A DNA stretch of 64,000 bases from the human T2T-CHM13v2.0 reference genome, Homo sapiens (GCF_009914755.1 NC_060947.1); one strand, 5' to 3'; positions 1 to 14,689 are shown, numbered from the stretch's first letter. The notes: generated by a model not told the origin, from the letters alone. Translations and numbers: made by a program.

Positions 1-210
1 GCAAGAGAAAGATGAGACAGAAGCAAAAGCGGAAACTCCTGCTAAACCCATCTGATCTCATAAGACTTATTCACTATCACGAGAATAGCATGGGAAAGAC
101 CAGAGCCCATGATTCAATTACCTCCCCCTGGCTCCCTCCCACAACATGTGGGGATTCTGGGCAGTACAATTCAAGTTGAGTTTTGGGTGAGGACATAGCC
201 AAACCATATT
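1..210 (-). mobile_element. THE1-type MaLR LTR (partial, runs off the window start)
   Basis: The reverse complement begins aatatggtttggctatgtcctcacccaaaactc, matching the THE1 LTR 5' end (TGATATGGTTTGGCTGTGTCCCCACCCAAATCTC). The + strand also shows the typical 'cttattcactatcacgagaatagcatggga' and 'cccatgattcaattacctccc'. Confidence 0.9.
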
Positions 211-1477
211 GGGCATCAAGTCTGGCTATTTTTGCTGAATGTGGGTGTGGAGGGGATAAGTTGCATTTTTCCCCTTCTTACTCTGTCATGAAGGCAATGG
301 AAGGTCATGAAAAACTTGCTCATGAGAGTAAGACCGGATTCCATCAAGAGGCCTCATATAAATGGAAGTTGCTGTTGCAGGCTGGTATTGTGATTGCATA
401 ATCACTTGTGGTAGAATTTTTGTAATCTGAAAGATATAAAGTTAATGAGAGCATTAAAAATGCAGGGACCAAACATTAAAAGAAGAATGAAGAGGAATAA
501 AGGTCCAAGGAATGGGAGAAGCCGAGTGATTTTTAGAAACCAATCGATAAAGGCTTTGGTCCAGTCTTGGTTACTTTGAAAAAGTGTGTGTAGCTATTTG
601 GCTTGTTTGAAAATTTCTCAGACATTGGTTTCTACTTCTCCAGACACATTAACATAGGTGCAATAGGTTTTATTGATGACAGCACAGACTCCTTGTTCAG
701 CTAGGAGATAATTTAGTGCTCATCTATAATCAAAAACTATTCCTGCAAGTGAGTCTAAAGATTTCTTTAGCTTTGATACACTTGAGCCAGTTTTTGCTAA
801 GGTTATTTCAAGGGAGGTGGTAATTTCTCATAGTGTGATTTCATGGTATGTAAAGGGTTTAGATAAGGAGCTACAAGATCCCTGAGGCATTTTGGACCTC
901 TCTTTTCCCTTTGGCTCACTCTATTTGGGGGGACTCCACCACAGATAGAGGGTCTGCCTTTGCCTGGATGACCATTCCAGGAATGCCCTTGCTCGAGGGG
1001 TCAATTCAAACCTAATGTAAAGGAGAACTCACTTGTAACTTGGGATGTGGTGTTTGTGACAAAGTTGAATCCAAAATTGGGTTCGCAACCAGTAGAGTGT
1101 GTCTGTGCACACAGGTTTATTGAGTGTTAAAGTGAAAATAGACTTGCCACCCTGATGGGCAATAATGAATTAACCCTTTTGTCTTAGGCTTCGGGTAACA
1201 CCAAGAAACAGTCCTTGACAGAAACTGTCAATTGCCAAAGAGGACTTAAATTGGTTCACTGGCAGTACAAGAAATAGAAAGGAATCCTGGCCATTCCCTC
1301 ACCCCTAAGGGAAATGACAGACAGCTATCTCTTCTCTAGGGCTTCAGAATCCCACTGAAGAGCTGCTTCAGCCAGGGACCTTGAGTTCCCAGGGGTAAGG
1401 AAGCAGAGCATTGAGGGAAGCAGGGAGAAAAAGGAAGGGAGAAATTCCAGTAAAGTACCCATGCAAGCCACCAAGAT
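211..1477 (-). mobile_element. Internally deleted ERV1 internal region with env TM remnant
   Basis: Minus-strand translation of ~380-780 gives SLDSLAGIVFDYR*ALNYLLAEQGVCAVINKTYCTYVNVSGEVET (immunosuppressive domain plus a decayed CX6CC motif) and LLPFLGPLFLFILLLMFGPCIFNALINFISFRLQKI (TM anchor and tail). A PBS-like tggtggcttgcatggg lies at ~1459-1474. Confidence 0.85.
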
Positions 1478-1802
1478 GCCGGGCGAGGTGTCAGAGCCCT
1501 AGTAATGAAAAGTGGTTGACTTATGGGTAGTGAGAAGAATTTACTGACAACAGCATCGGTTTGAAAAGGAAAGTTTTGTTGGAAAGAACGCTGCAGAAGA
1601 GTGCAGTGGGGCACCTCAGCAAGGGAGGACTGAATGCACCATGGTCAGTTTTTCCTTAGGGGCATTTATGAATCTTAAAGCAAGAGCTTAAGGATAGTTT
1701 GGACCATATTAGCCATGTAGGTCATGATAAATGATTACATTTGTAGACATTTTTGTGCCTTAATGTCCCTGTTCTAGAAATGGTCAATTACAAAGCACAA
1801 CA
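1478..1802 (-). mobile_element. ERV1 5' LTR (subfamily not assigned)
   Basis: It lies directly upstream, on -, of the PBS-like sequence, and the minus strand begins tgttgtg at ~1802. Boundaries are approximate. Confidence 0.6.
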
Positions 1803-2247
1803 TAAGACTGGAACATTGGAGTTAAGTAGCAGAGATCAAAAGTAAGTACTAGTACAATTCATGTAATTCAGCATTGCTTTGATTTATACATTATTTTTCC
1901 TTCTTCTACAATTCCTCTTTAAAAAAAAAAAAATCTTGCTCTCATTACATTTCCTCAGCCAGACACAAGATTCTTATGCTATTCTATCATTTCTTGTAAG
2001 CAACCAATACATATTAATTTTCTTCTTTTGTTGCTTAAATATTTATTAAGCATTCTGCATGCCATATTTAGTGTACTAGATGCTGTTGGTATAAATAGCG
2101 GTTGCAATATATTCATTACATTACTTCCAACGTAGGCTTAACCTTTTTTCCTCTCCCCACTGCATCATCAATTTTTCTCTTCACTCGAACATTTTCACCA
2201 GCACACAAATATGATGTAAAATCGTCAATCTAAAAAAAAAAATCTAG

Positions 2248-2627
<380 letters not shown>

Positions 2628-2762
2628 TAAACACGGTCACTCTGTTTTTGAAAGTTTTACGTCATTTGGCTTTCAGGAGCCCACATCCTGGCTTGCCTTC
2701 TGTCTCATTAGTCACTCCTCAGTCTCCTGTGTGGAATTGTTTGAAACCATTTTCCTAGGTGA

Positions 2763-3091
<329 letters not shown>

Positions 3092-3099
3092 ACTGGGTT

Positions 3100-4780
3100 T
3101 TATTTTTTTAGTTTTTGTATCAGTTGGTTGTGGTATGGTATAATTTTCATACAATAAAATACATAGACTGTAAGAGCACAGTTTGATGAACTTTGAGAAA
3201 CATAGAAATACCTGTAACCACTACCCCAATAAAGTTACAGAATATTCCCATCACCACAAAAGTTCTTTCATGCCACTTCACAGTCTAATACACTTATCCT
3301 TCTGAAACAATCTCATGTGACTTCTACCATACGTTAGTTCTGAACATTCTAAAAATTCATATAAATTGAACGACGTACATGAACTTTTTTTTTGCTTGTC
3401 TCGCCTCTCTAAAGATAACAGTTCTGTTTGTATGCCTCAGCAGTTCATTCCTTTGGTTAAATACGTAGGATGGGAATTGTTGCACCATATGGTGAGTGCA
3501 TGTTTAAAGTGTATAAGAAACTGTCTTTTTCCCCCAAAGTCACAAACCATTTTACATTACCACCAGCAAAGCAGGAGAGTTCCACTTGTTCCACATTCTC
3601 TCCAACACTTGGTATTGTTGTTGTTGTTGTTTTTAATCTTAGGCATTCTACTGGGTTTGAGGTTATCACATTGCAGTTTTTATTTTCATTTTGCTAATGA
3701 TTAATAACACTGAACATATTTTCATGTTTTATTTGCTATTTTTATATACACTTTCATGAGGAGTGTGCTCACATTATTTGACCTTTTTTTAAGTTAGTTA
3801 TTTTTCTTCTTATGTCTGTATTTCAGTAACTATCTATCTGGGTGTATGTATGTATACATATAAGTATACATACTATATATTGATATTATATATGGGTTTA
3901 TATTATATTATATCAATTATAATATAATTGATATTATATATGGGTTACCCTTACGTATATATATATATACACACACATACACACTAACATATATTATTAT
4001 ATAATTAGTGTTACACTTATATATACACTAATACTTATGGCATATACTTATATATTTTTGTGTACTATGTGTATGTTACTACATGTAGTGGGTTTGTAAT
4101 ATACATACATATATGTGTGTGTGTGTATATATATATGTTGGGACCAATGATCAGAAAATATGTGCACTCTCTTGTCCTCTCATTTCTATTTCTGTCTACA
4201 AGTCTGTTGAATATGTCTTTATCTTTACTTCTTTGTCATTATAGTAGGCTGAATATGGCTATGCTTTAGCTCTTAACATTAAAGTATACCTTTTTTTCCC
4301 CAAATTGTTACCTATTAACCAAAAAGCATTTATTGACTGACTAATCTTCCTTTCCCTATTTGAAGTGCAAACAATATCAACTCCTATATTGTAATGTTTG
4401 CCTGGCTAAATATATGGACCCTCTATTCCAATCTACTTACTTGTTGATAATGCTATACTACCTCATTGCTTTAATTTCTGTAGTGCTAATAATATGTAGC
4501 AGATAAATATCTCTCAATTATTTTAATTTTAATATGTAGCAGATAAATATCCTCTCAATTATTTTATTTTAAAGGTATATTCTGGATAGTCTTACAAACT
4601 TGTTTTTTTTTTAATTAGTTTTGGAATTATTTTATCAAACACTCCTAGTGCGAACACTCTAAAATGAACAGACATGAAAGAAAGAAGCAAGTTTGTATTG
4701 TGATTGAGTATGATCTACAAAATAATCGAGGGAGAATTCAAATCTTTACAATATTGAGTGTATCAAAGAACAATCTATGA
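3100..4780 (-). mobile_element. Old L1M 3' fragments interrupted by low-complexity TA-rich DNA
   Basis: L1M-like motifs include 'ccattttacattaccaccagcaa...gttccacattctctccaacacttggtatt' and 'ttgctaatgattaataacactgaacat'. Confidence 0.65.
3840..4140. repeat. (TA)n/(CA)n-rich low-complexity tract
   Basis: Degenerate TA, CA and TG dinucleotide runs; 'attgatattatatatgggtt' occurs twice. Confidence 0.85.
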
Positions 4781-5619
4781 TTGACAAAAATGTGTGTAGC
4801 GCTCTTTAAACCCTCCAAATTCTGCATTTAAAACACAAGAAGTTATGGACAAATAGATTACAGCCAAAATTACACAAATTTCTGTCCTCTGCTAAAACAA
4901 AAACCCAAAAAACAAAACAAAATGAAAACACTCATAAACCTACTTAATGTACGATTAGTAGGTAACAGCTAGCTGTTCTCCTTCATCCCGGGGTTAACAA
5001 CTACTTTTCTCCACTCCTTCATTCACTGCTACTATTCTTCATAACCAACCAACATCACTTCTTGTTGTATCACATCCCAGCTCACTTTCCTGGTATTTTA
5101 AATTAGAAAGTGGAAAACACCATATAGGTAATTTTTTACTCAAGAGAACACCATGGCCATTTTATTGTAGAGTGCATTATTAAGTGTATAGCTTGAAGGA
5201 ATGGTCATGGGAATCCACCTTTCATATTCACAATACTCCCAAACAAAAAAGAATATTTTACCAGGGAAATATTAGTTAATTCCAGAATTGCTCCCATTGC
5301 AGGAGGAGATTGCAGATGGAGGTGTTGTATGTGACTGTTTTACATGGATTCTTCGCTCTGGTAGCAGATGTTGAAGAAGCTCTATGAATGTCCTGTCTCT
5401 ATGTCCCAGGTGGATCTTCAGTTTCTTCCATCTCTCTGTCAACTAAATGCAGTTTGCTCAATCTTACAGTCTTTAGTTACTGCCCCATTGCTTCCTATTG
5501 TCTTCTTTACTTCATTGTTTGAATTAGCTGGCCCTCCATGCCTGCTTTGCCATGGCATGTTGTCCTTCAGATTTTTTTAGCTTCATGTTAATAGTGTCAA
5601 GCCTCTGATAATGGTAGTA

Positions 5620-5830
5620 AGTGCAAGTAACATTTATTAAGCTCTTAGCTTATATAACTGAATTCTGATTTTGACATCCCGTGGTAGGTGCTACCATGAC
5701 CTCATTTTCACAAAAAGAAATAGAGGTTTACATAGATTAAAGCACTGCTCCATTTTGACAGATCATCAATTGACAGAGTGGGAGTTTGTAAACAGGTCTA
5801 TTTGACTTGAGACCTTCATTATCTTAACCA
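5620..5830 (-). mobile_element. MIR
   Basis: Contains 'aacatttattaagctctta' and 'ctcattttcacaaaaagaaatagagg', and ends 'tcttaaccac', as in the MIR core. Confidence 0.6.
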
Positions 5831-6384
5831 CAACTGATTGACATCTAATATAGACTTATCCCATTCTCTTACCTGCTCTTGCTTTTAGCTCTGAAAGCTT
5901 CAGCCCAGTTTGCAGTTCTGTGCCTTTCACTATTCCCTATTTCCACTTATTTAAGATGGGCATTCAAAATAGTACTTTTCAAAACAATTTGACAATGAGA
6001 CAAAGAAGGGAATATGGTGGTGGCTGGAGGAGGAAGTGGAGTTTAGGTTAATTTTCTTTAAATGTTGGAGATTTGAATATGTTTCCAAGTTGCAGAAAAG
6101 ATGCCAGGATTGAGCAAGAGAGATTGAACATACAAGAAAAATGCTCTTCTGACTTTGTTTTCCTGTTTATGTTGACAGTCAAAAGTGAGGAAACAGAGGG
6201 AAAAAAAGGCAATTAACAAAGATACAAGAAAGTATTTCATATAGCCAAAGGATATAAGTTTCTACATTGAAAAGGGAGGGCTATCAAATGCATAGCAAAA
6301 GGAAGGGTCATGACTGACACTATGAGACATCATCAAAAGATTTTAGGATACTAAGGATAAAGAGAAAATCTTAAAAGCTTTCTT

Positions 6385-6880
6385 TAGCAGTCAGGATGCT
6401 TCAGGCTGAAAACAAAAAAAAAAAAAAAAAGAAAAGAAAATTCTCACTCAAACTTGCTTAAGTAATAATCAAATGTATTACCTTACTAAGTAAACGACAT
6501 TATAGAAGTAGGTTAGGTTCCAGTAATTGAATGATTAGTAGCTCGGTTGAGGTCATCAAGGACCCTGATTCTATCTGCCCGTTACTTCTTCCTGTGAATC
6601 TCCCTAAGTCTGCTTTCCTTAATGTTCACAAGATAGCTGATGGTGACAATGAGGGCTACAATATTTCTAGTTCACATACAGAAGAAGATTGAGAGCCCCC
6701 TCCTTCATCAATATGCACGTGTACTTTCCTTCAGTATGAGAGGGTAATTTATGCCACACACTCTCTTATGCTGTTTGGCTTAAACTAATCAGGATACCCC
6801 TATAAAATGTGGATGGAATAAATATTCAAACAAATTTGGGATGAGTGACTGTTGGATAGGTAATAAAAATGTCTCACAAT
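6385..6880 (-). mobile_element. Old MLT1-type MaLR LTR inserted in L1M sequence
   Basis: 'gtcaggatgcttcaggctgaaaac...ctcaaacttgcttaag...tgaggtcatcaaggaccc' resembles MLT1J/K/L. Confidence 0.5.
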
Positions 6881-9114
6881 TTCAGGTGATAAAAACCAGA
6901 TCATCTGAAAAAAAAAAATAGGATCTGAAGGGTGTTGTATTTCTTAACAGCAGCAGTGGAAGATAAAACAGACTTGAATAAAACTTTCAAAATGCTTAAG
7001 AAAAATAATGTCTCATGTAAAATTCTATCCTTATTCTATTCTGATATATTAAACATGAGATAACATTAAATTCTCAGTATTTGAAGTCTCAAAAAGTTAC
7101 CTTCTAAGTATAATTTTTATAAATTTATCTGAGAATATGCTCCACCAAAGTCACTGATACACCAAGAACAAAGGAGAAATGAGATCCAAGACACAGTGAA
7201 TCCACATTGAACTAACAGAAAATAAAAATGAAAATCCAGGATAACCGCTGTACAATAGGTCTAGAGGGTAACCAGTCCAAATTGGAAGAGGAGACTATGA
7301 GGCTCTAGAAAGGAGGGCTCTATAAAAATAAAAAGGACAAAAATTTGCTACATGAAGTTTATCTTTTTGAAGATAAATCAAGGGATTTTTAAATTATATA
7401 AAAGACTAGTTAAAATGCACATGGATGACTAAAAAAATGAAGACATAAATTAGGAAAAACGGAAAGTTGTATAAAAGAGAAAATATGGTCATAGTCTAGT
7501 ACCTGGTTCTTCAGTGAAGAAATTTTATGGAATGATAATAACTAAGTAAAAAATATATTGGGGTCTCCGAAGGGTCCAATAAAGAGCTCCTTTTTTCTAC
7601 CTGGAATTCTGACAAATTGAGAAATAAAGAATATTGGATTGGAAGGCAGATACCACTGTTTTTACTTGCAAAAGCAGGGGACATAGACTAGGGCAAGAGG
7701 AAGAGCAAAATGGACCTCTAACCAAATGACAGGCAGGCTCCCTCACCCAGTCATAACAACATTGGATAAGGAAGTCCTCCTATAGGAGAGCAAAGCAAAC
7801 CCTGAAGGAGCACTGGGGAGCAATTCTTCCTGTGGAAGTCTCATTCTGAAGTAAGGCAGAGATGAGTAAAACGTGCTGCTTTATTTATTTTTCTGAATTT
7901 ATCTTCCAAATGTCATGTACCTCTCCTAGTGTGGTGTGAGTAAAGCAGCAGGATAAAAGGCCAAGAGTAATCGTAATAGGTCTCCGTTCACTTAGAAGCA
8001 ACAGGGATGAGAAATAGGCAGTCTATAAGCTATCTAATCAGAAATTTGGGCTCGTCTTGGGAGGATGGCAGGGTGTGGGTGACAAATGAGAGTGAAGAGT
8101 ATTAAGGGAGCTAAATGTTGTCTTTCATAATGATAAAACAATAGAAAATGTGCAAACGTATTGTTTAGAGCTGTAGTGAGTTGAATACCAGATAACATAG
8201 CAAAATGGGTTGAATGTAGAAATGTGTGAGATTGTACAGTGGGAAGTGATGGGATAGAGAGCTAGTAATTTTTGTTATGCACCTTCCAGTAGTGTGTATT
8301 TATTTTGGATAATTCAAAACATATGTATGTATTATGTTAATAAAACATTAAAGATATTTTAAAAGACTTGTCAAAAACATGACCTTGATATAATGAAAAT
8401 ATTGCCCAAGTATAGCTCTACTTTAAAATCTGAGAGGTAAAATTCAAATATTGTTCTGAAAATGTAAGAGCATCATTACTTCTGGACAAGCAAGAGAAGT
8501 CCAAGCTTAATTCAAACCTATGGTTATTGTTACCTAGACTTGCAACCTGCTATGCTTTGTTTGGATTTCACCTAAATATAAAACTGTGGAATTAACATAT
8601 GCTCTCATTTCTTCATAAATGTTTGTTTACCGTTATATCCAACATGACCAATATATTTTATTTTTAAATTCTTTATTATGAAACTTAACAGATATATAAA
8701 AGTATTTGGTTAGTTCATTAAATTAGTTTGTTAGTTTATTAAACTAGTTTAATAAAATCCCATGAACTCTTCTTGCATCTTCTTGACCAATTTTATGTCA
8801 TGTGTGCCCCCTCACTGGCTTAGTTAAAGCAAATACATGTTTAATTCATCCTTAAATTAAAACCTTAATGTTTTCTGTCCATGGTGTCCAAAGAGAGTAG
8901 CCAATTTTTAAAATATGATTATTGCTATATAGGTAGAATTGTATCTTATAGCATCGTAATTAAAATTTGTTTATGAAATGATTTTACACTGTGACAAACT
9001 AAATTTAGTACTTCATTGATCTATTTGGTTGATTTGTTTAAATGAAAAATGCCAATATCAGTGACCAAGACATTAATTAGGTATTTTTCTTTTGGATATA
9101 ACTGTATATAAATA

Positions 9115-9670
9115 TAATTTAAGGTTTTTATATTTTTATTTTTATTTTAGTTTGTCAGTTTCAAATACTCATGTATCTGATTGTCAATGCTGGAGAGCTG
9201 GGGCCAGGGCAGTAGTTGATGAATATCACCTGACTGTCTCCTGCAGAAAAAGCATTCCCAGAAGCACGGAGAAGTGAGGAGAAAAGGCAATGCACCTGGA
9301 GCTGGAGACCAAGGCCCTGTTCTTACTGATGGCCCTTGGAGCAGATATTTGAATTGGAGAGATAAAACCGTGGTTTTTGGGGTGTTAATTTTGGTGGCTG
9401 ATGCATTCTGTGATTGATTTGGCTATTACAACTGGTATTGATTTTAAACACATTAATTGCAAAATCTCAATTGTGATTTGATTTCTGTATTTACAATACT
9501 AAAAACGAGGCTTTCGCCAGGAGAAGACAATTGGCAGTACTCAGTTGGAAGTGCTTAATTGTTAATATATATCAGCCGTGGTTCTTCAGCGTCGTCAGTG
9601 TTGCTCAGTCTTGCTCTTTGTGGCGACTACTGAATGCTTGAAAAATTCTCTCCTATACTCCCACTCTGCA
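9115..9670 (-). other. Candidate terminal exon of an unidentified minus-strand transcript
   Basis: A ~65-nt polypyrimidine tract (9675-9741) ends in ctacag at 9671. CpGs cluster at 9500-9630, and tandem AATAAA signals lie at 9135-9146 on -. The reading frame is interrupted by stops. Confidence 0.4.
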
Positions 9671-9859
9671 CTGTAGAAGAGAAAGAGAGGAGAGTGGAAG
9701 AAAAAAGAGAGGGAGAGGAGAAAGAAAGAGAGGAGAGAGAAACATGGGCATGGATGATACATAAGGTAGTTGTAAACTGTGATCAGCTTTGATAATAACT
9801 AGATAAATTCTTTTAATACAAAAATATATAAGGCATTTTGCCTTTTTTTCAAATTTCAA

Positions 9860-10577
9860 ATAAATGGATTTGTATAGAATGTAGTCTGTTGCCCAGAGTT
9901 TTCATTTAGCATAATGCATTTGAGATTTATCCATGTTGTTGTATATTCTTTTTATTGCTGAGTAGTATTCCATTGTGTGGATATACCAGTTTGTTTATCC
10001 ATTAACCTTTGATGGATATTTGGGTTTTTTTCAATATGAGGCTCTTATAAATAAACCTTCTGTAATCAGGTCTTTGTGTAGTCACACAGTTTGTTTGTTT
10101 GTTTGTTTTTTAAAAAGATGTTAGTATTGTAATTGTGTTTAATAAGAAACTGTTCAGTATTTCTGCATGTCTACCAAAAATACATGAAATGTTAGTTGCT
10201 TCTTTTAAAATACTTGGTATGTTTTTGCTTTTTTATTTTAGCAACTTAATATGTGTGTATTATAACCTCATTGTGGTTTTAAATTACATTTTCCTCAGTA
10301 ACTAATAATGCTGAGCATCTTTTAATGTATTTAATGGTCATTCATATATCTCCTCATGAAATGTCTGTTAAAATTGTATGCTCATTTAGAAAAATCAGGA
10401 TGATTGTCTTGTTGAGCTTTGAAAGCTCTTTGCATATTATGAATACAAGTTCTTTATTAGACATACATTTTACAAACATTTTTTCCAGTCTTTTTCATTA
10501 ACTTAGCTTTTGGAGAGCAAAAAAATTTTAATGTGATGAAGTATAACTTATTTCTTGTTTGATAGCTTATAAGTTTC
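9860..10577 (-). mobile_element. Old L1M 3' region (resumes at ~11956-12070)
   Basis: Classic L1M text 'ttgagatttatccatgttgttg...gagtagtattccattgtgtggatatacca'. It continues after the insert as 'agtctgtataatccatgtcaaattaatttt...atggtatgaggta'. Confidence 0.75.
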
Positions 10578-10593
10578 AGTTTTAGGGGTTTTC

Positions 10594-11941
<1,348 letters not shown>

Positions 11942-12078
11942 AGTTTTAGGTTTTCAATTGAGTCTGTATAATCCATGTCAAATTAATTTTGAACATGGTA
12001 TGAGGTAAGAATTTCAATCAGGTTATTTGCATTTCCATATACATTTTAGAAATAGTTTATTAATATCTAAATTAAACT

Positions 12079-12720
12079 CAAGGTGAAGCAAGATGGCAGA
12101 ATAGAACGCTCCATCAATCATCCCCATGCCCACAAGGAAACCAAGTTAACAACTATCTACACAGGAGAGAAAAAAAAAAAAAAAACACCTTCATTAGAAC
12201 CAAAAATATGGTGAACACTCATAGTATCTGGTTTTAACTTTATATCACTGAAGAGATAGAAAAAGCAGTCCAGAATCCCAGATGTCACCTCTCCCCAACA
12301 TGCAGGAGTGGCGGAATGGTGCAAAGAGTGTCTCTGGGTACTGGGGAAGGGAAAACACAGCAATTGTGAGGCATTGAACTTAGTGCTGTTCTGTTAGAGC
12401 AGAAAGAAAAACCAAACCAAACAGCTGATCCACCCACAGAGGAAGTATTTAAACCAGCTCTAGTCAGAGAGGAATCACCTACCCTGGGGATCTGAACCTG
12501 AGTGCTTACAAGCCTCACCACAGAAAGCTACAGCACTCTGTGTCTCCAAGTAAATTCGAAAGTCGGTCTAGGCCATGAAGGCTGCAACACTTAGGAAAGT
12601 AATAGTGCTGAACTAGGCCCAGAGAGAGTGAACTGGGAGGGTACAAGACATACTAAGACACAAGCAGGGACACCAAAGGTAGTGCTGCCATTACCCCTCC
12701 CCTAACTGCAGGCTGCACAA
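12079..12720 (+). mobile_element. L1M 5'-end (5'UTR) fragment
   Basis: 'caagatggcagaatagaa...ccaagttaacaactatctacac...aacaccttcattagaaccaaaaat' is typical of L1M1/L1M2 5' ends. Confidence 0.7.
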
Positions 12721-12780
12721 TGTTTCTACAAAACATTTATACACTTGCATAACAAGTAAATATACAAGGATGTTTCTTAC

Positions 12781-13860
12781 TGTTACGGGAAGTCAGGGGC
12801 TCCGAATGGAGGGACCGGCTGGAGCCGCGGCAGAGGAAACATAAATTGTGAAGATTTCATGGATGTTTATCATTTCCCTAATAATACTCTTATAATTTCT
12901 TATGCCTGTCTTAATCTCTTAATCCTGTTATCTTCGTAAGCTGAGGATGTACATCACCTCAGGTCCACTGTGATGATTGCGTTAACTGTACAAATTGATT
13001 ATAAAATGTGTGTTTGAACAATATGAAATCAGTGCACCTTGAAAAAGAACAGAATAACAGTGATTTTAGGGAACAAGGGAAGACAACGATGAGGTCTGAC
13101 TGCCTGTGGGGTTGGGCAAAAAGAGCCATATTTTTCTTGTTGCAGAGAGCCTATAAACAGACGTGCAAGTAGGAGAGATATCGCTAAATTTTTTTCCTAG
13201 CAAGGAATATAATATTAAGACCCTAGGAAAAGAATTGCATTCCTGGGGGTAGGTCGATAAATGGCCGCTCTGGGAGTGTCTGTCTTCTGTGGTTGAGATA
13301 AGGACTGAAATACTCCCTGGTCTCCTGCAGTACCCTCAGGCTTATTAGGGTGGGGAAAAAACTGCTCCCCGGTAAATTTGAGGTCAGACAGGTTCTCTGC
13401 TCTCTGACCCTGTTTTCTGTTGTTTAAGATGTTTATCAAGACAATACGCGCGCAGCTGAACATAGACCCTTATCAGGAGTTTTTGATTTTGCCCTTTGCC
13501 TTGTGATCTTTGCTTTGCCCTTTGTCTTGTGATCTTTGCTTTGCCCTTTGCCTTGTGATCTTTATTGGCCTCAGAAGCATGTGGTCTTTGTTCTCTTTTT
13601 TGCCCTTTGAAGCATATGATCTTTGTGACCTACTCCCTGTTCATACTTCATACACCCCCTCCCCTTTTGAAATCCTTAATAAAACTTGCTGGTTTTGCGG
13701 CTCAGGTGAGCATCACGGACCTACCCATATGTGATGTCACCCCCGGCGGCACAGCTGTAAAATTCCTCTCTTTGTACTCTTTCTCTTTATTTCTCAGACT
13801 GGCTGACACTTAGGGGAAATAGAACCTATGTTGAAATATTGGGGGTGGGTTCCCCTGATA
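12781..13860 (+). mobile_element. MER11 solo LTR (HERV-K11/HML-8)
   Basis: Starts tgttacgggaagtcagggg...ggagggaccggctggagccgcggcagagg and ends gggggtgggttcccctgata. Has internal tttgccctttgccttgtgatc repeats (13488-13565), AATAAA at ~13678 and degenerate 6-bp flanks tcttac/ccttgc. Confidence 0.95.
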
Positions 13861-14689
13861 CCTTGCAGCATTGTTTATGATAATATTGGAAACAACCCAA
13901 ATAGCCAGCAACTAGTGACTAACGTGTTATATCCATAGAATGCAAGAATATATAGTACCTACAACATTTATTGTGTCAAGAAAATATTTGCCTTTCGTTC
14001 CAGCTTATTCAATTGTGACAGTTTATTTTATAATAAATTGTCAATACTTTAGGCAAAATTTTAAGATTTGTTGACAGTGCTATGTGAATGTCAGATTTGT
14101 TGACATTGCTACATGAATTATTTCAATCAATGAGAGAGTAAAGAAAACAGGCAGGAGTATTTAAAACTTGTTTGAGCATCTTTATAAACTTCTGTTGCTA
14201 TCTTGAAAAATTTCAGTTTGTCCAACTCAAGTAAGCCCTCCTTTTAAAAGGTCCCTAGATGCAAAAAAAGATAAAAGTGTTAAATCTTTAAGAAAACTGA
14301 TTTGTTTGAATAAGTAAATTTAACTTGAATTCTCAGTACTCCAAAGCTTCTACTGTTGGAATTTTCTTTTGTGACACCAGAAATTCTCTCATATAATGCT
14401 GCCTGCTAAAGTCAGAAGAGGTTTATTTTAAATGTCCTTGTAGTATTAGAAATGTGTGCTATTAATCATGAAAGTCAAGAAAAACATCAGAAAAAATATG
14501 AAAGTATTTGAGAAACTGGAAAGACTCAAAGTTTAAGTCCTGTGGTAGGTTACTGGTGTCTGAAAATTAAAGTACCCAATCCTTAGTAAGGTAAATTATT
14601 TTTTGGTACACATAAAAGTCTATAGTCAAAATTCAATTTCTTTATGCTAAGTTAATTTTTTGATAGAAGAATATGTTGATCAGAAGGAG

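Noticed and set aside
5868-5960. Minus-strand donor CAG|gtaaga at ~5872 as an exon end
   Set aside because: There is no matching acceptor and it borders L2/MIR-like sequence, so it is probably a cryptic site.
13488-13625. CRISPR-like or novel repeat array
   Set aside because: The units are head-to-tail with no unique spacers, lie inside a MER11 LTR and are in a eukaryotic context.
14105-14120. attgctacatga as the final DIMT1 exon (LLHGF...)
   Set aside because: The match is only ~11 nt, has no acceptor, lies outside the TSD-bounded insert and is explained by a local 29-bp duplication.
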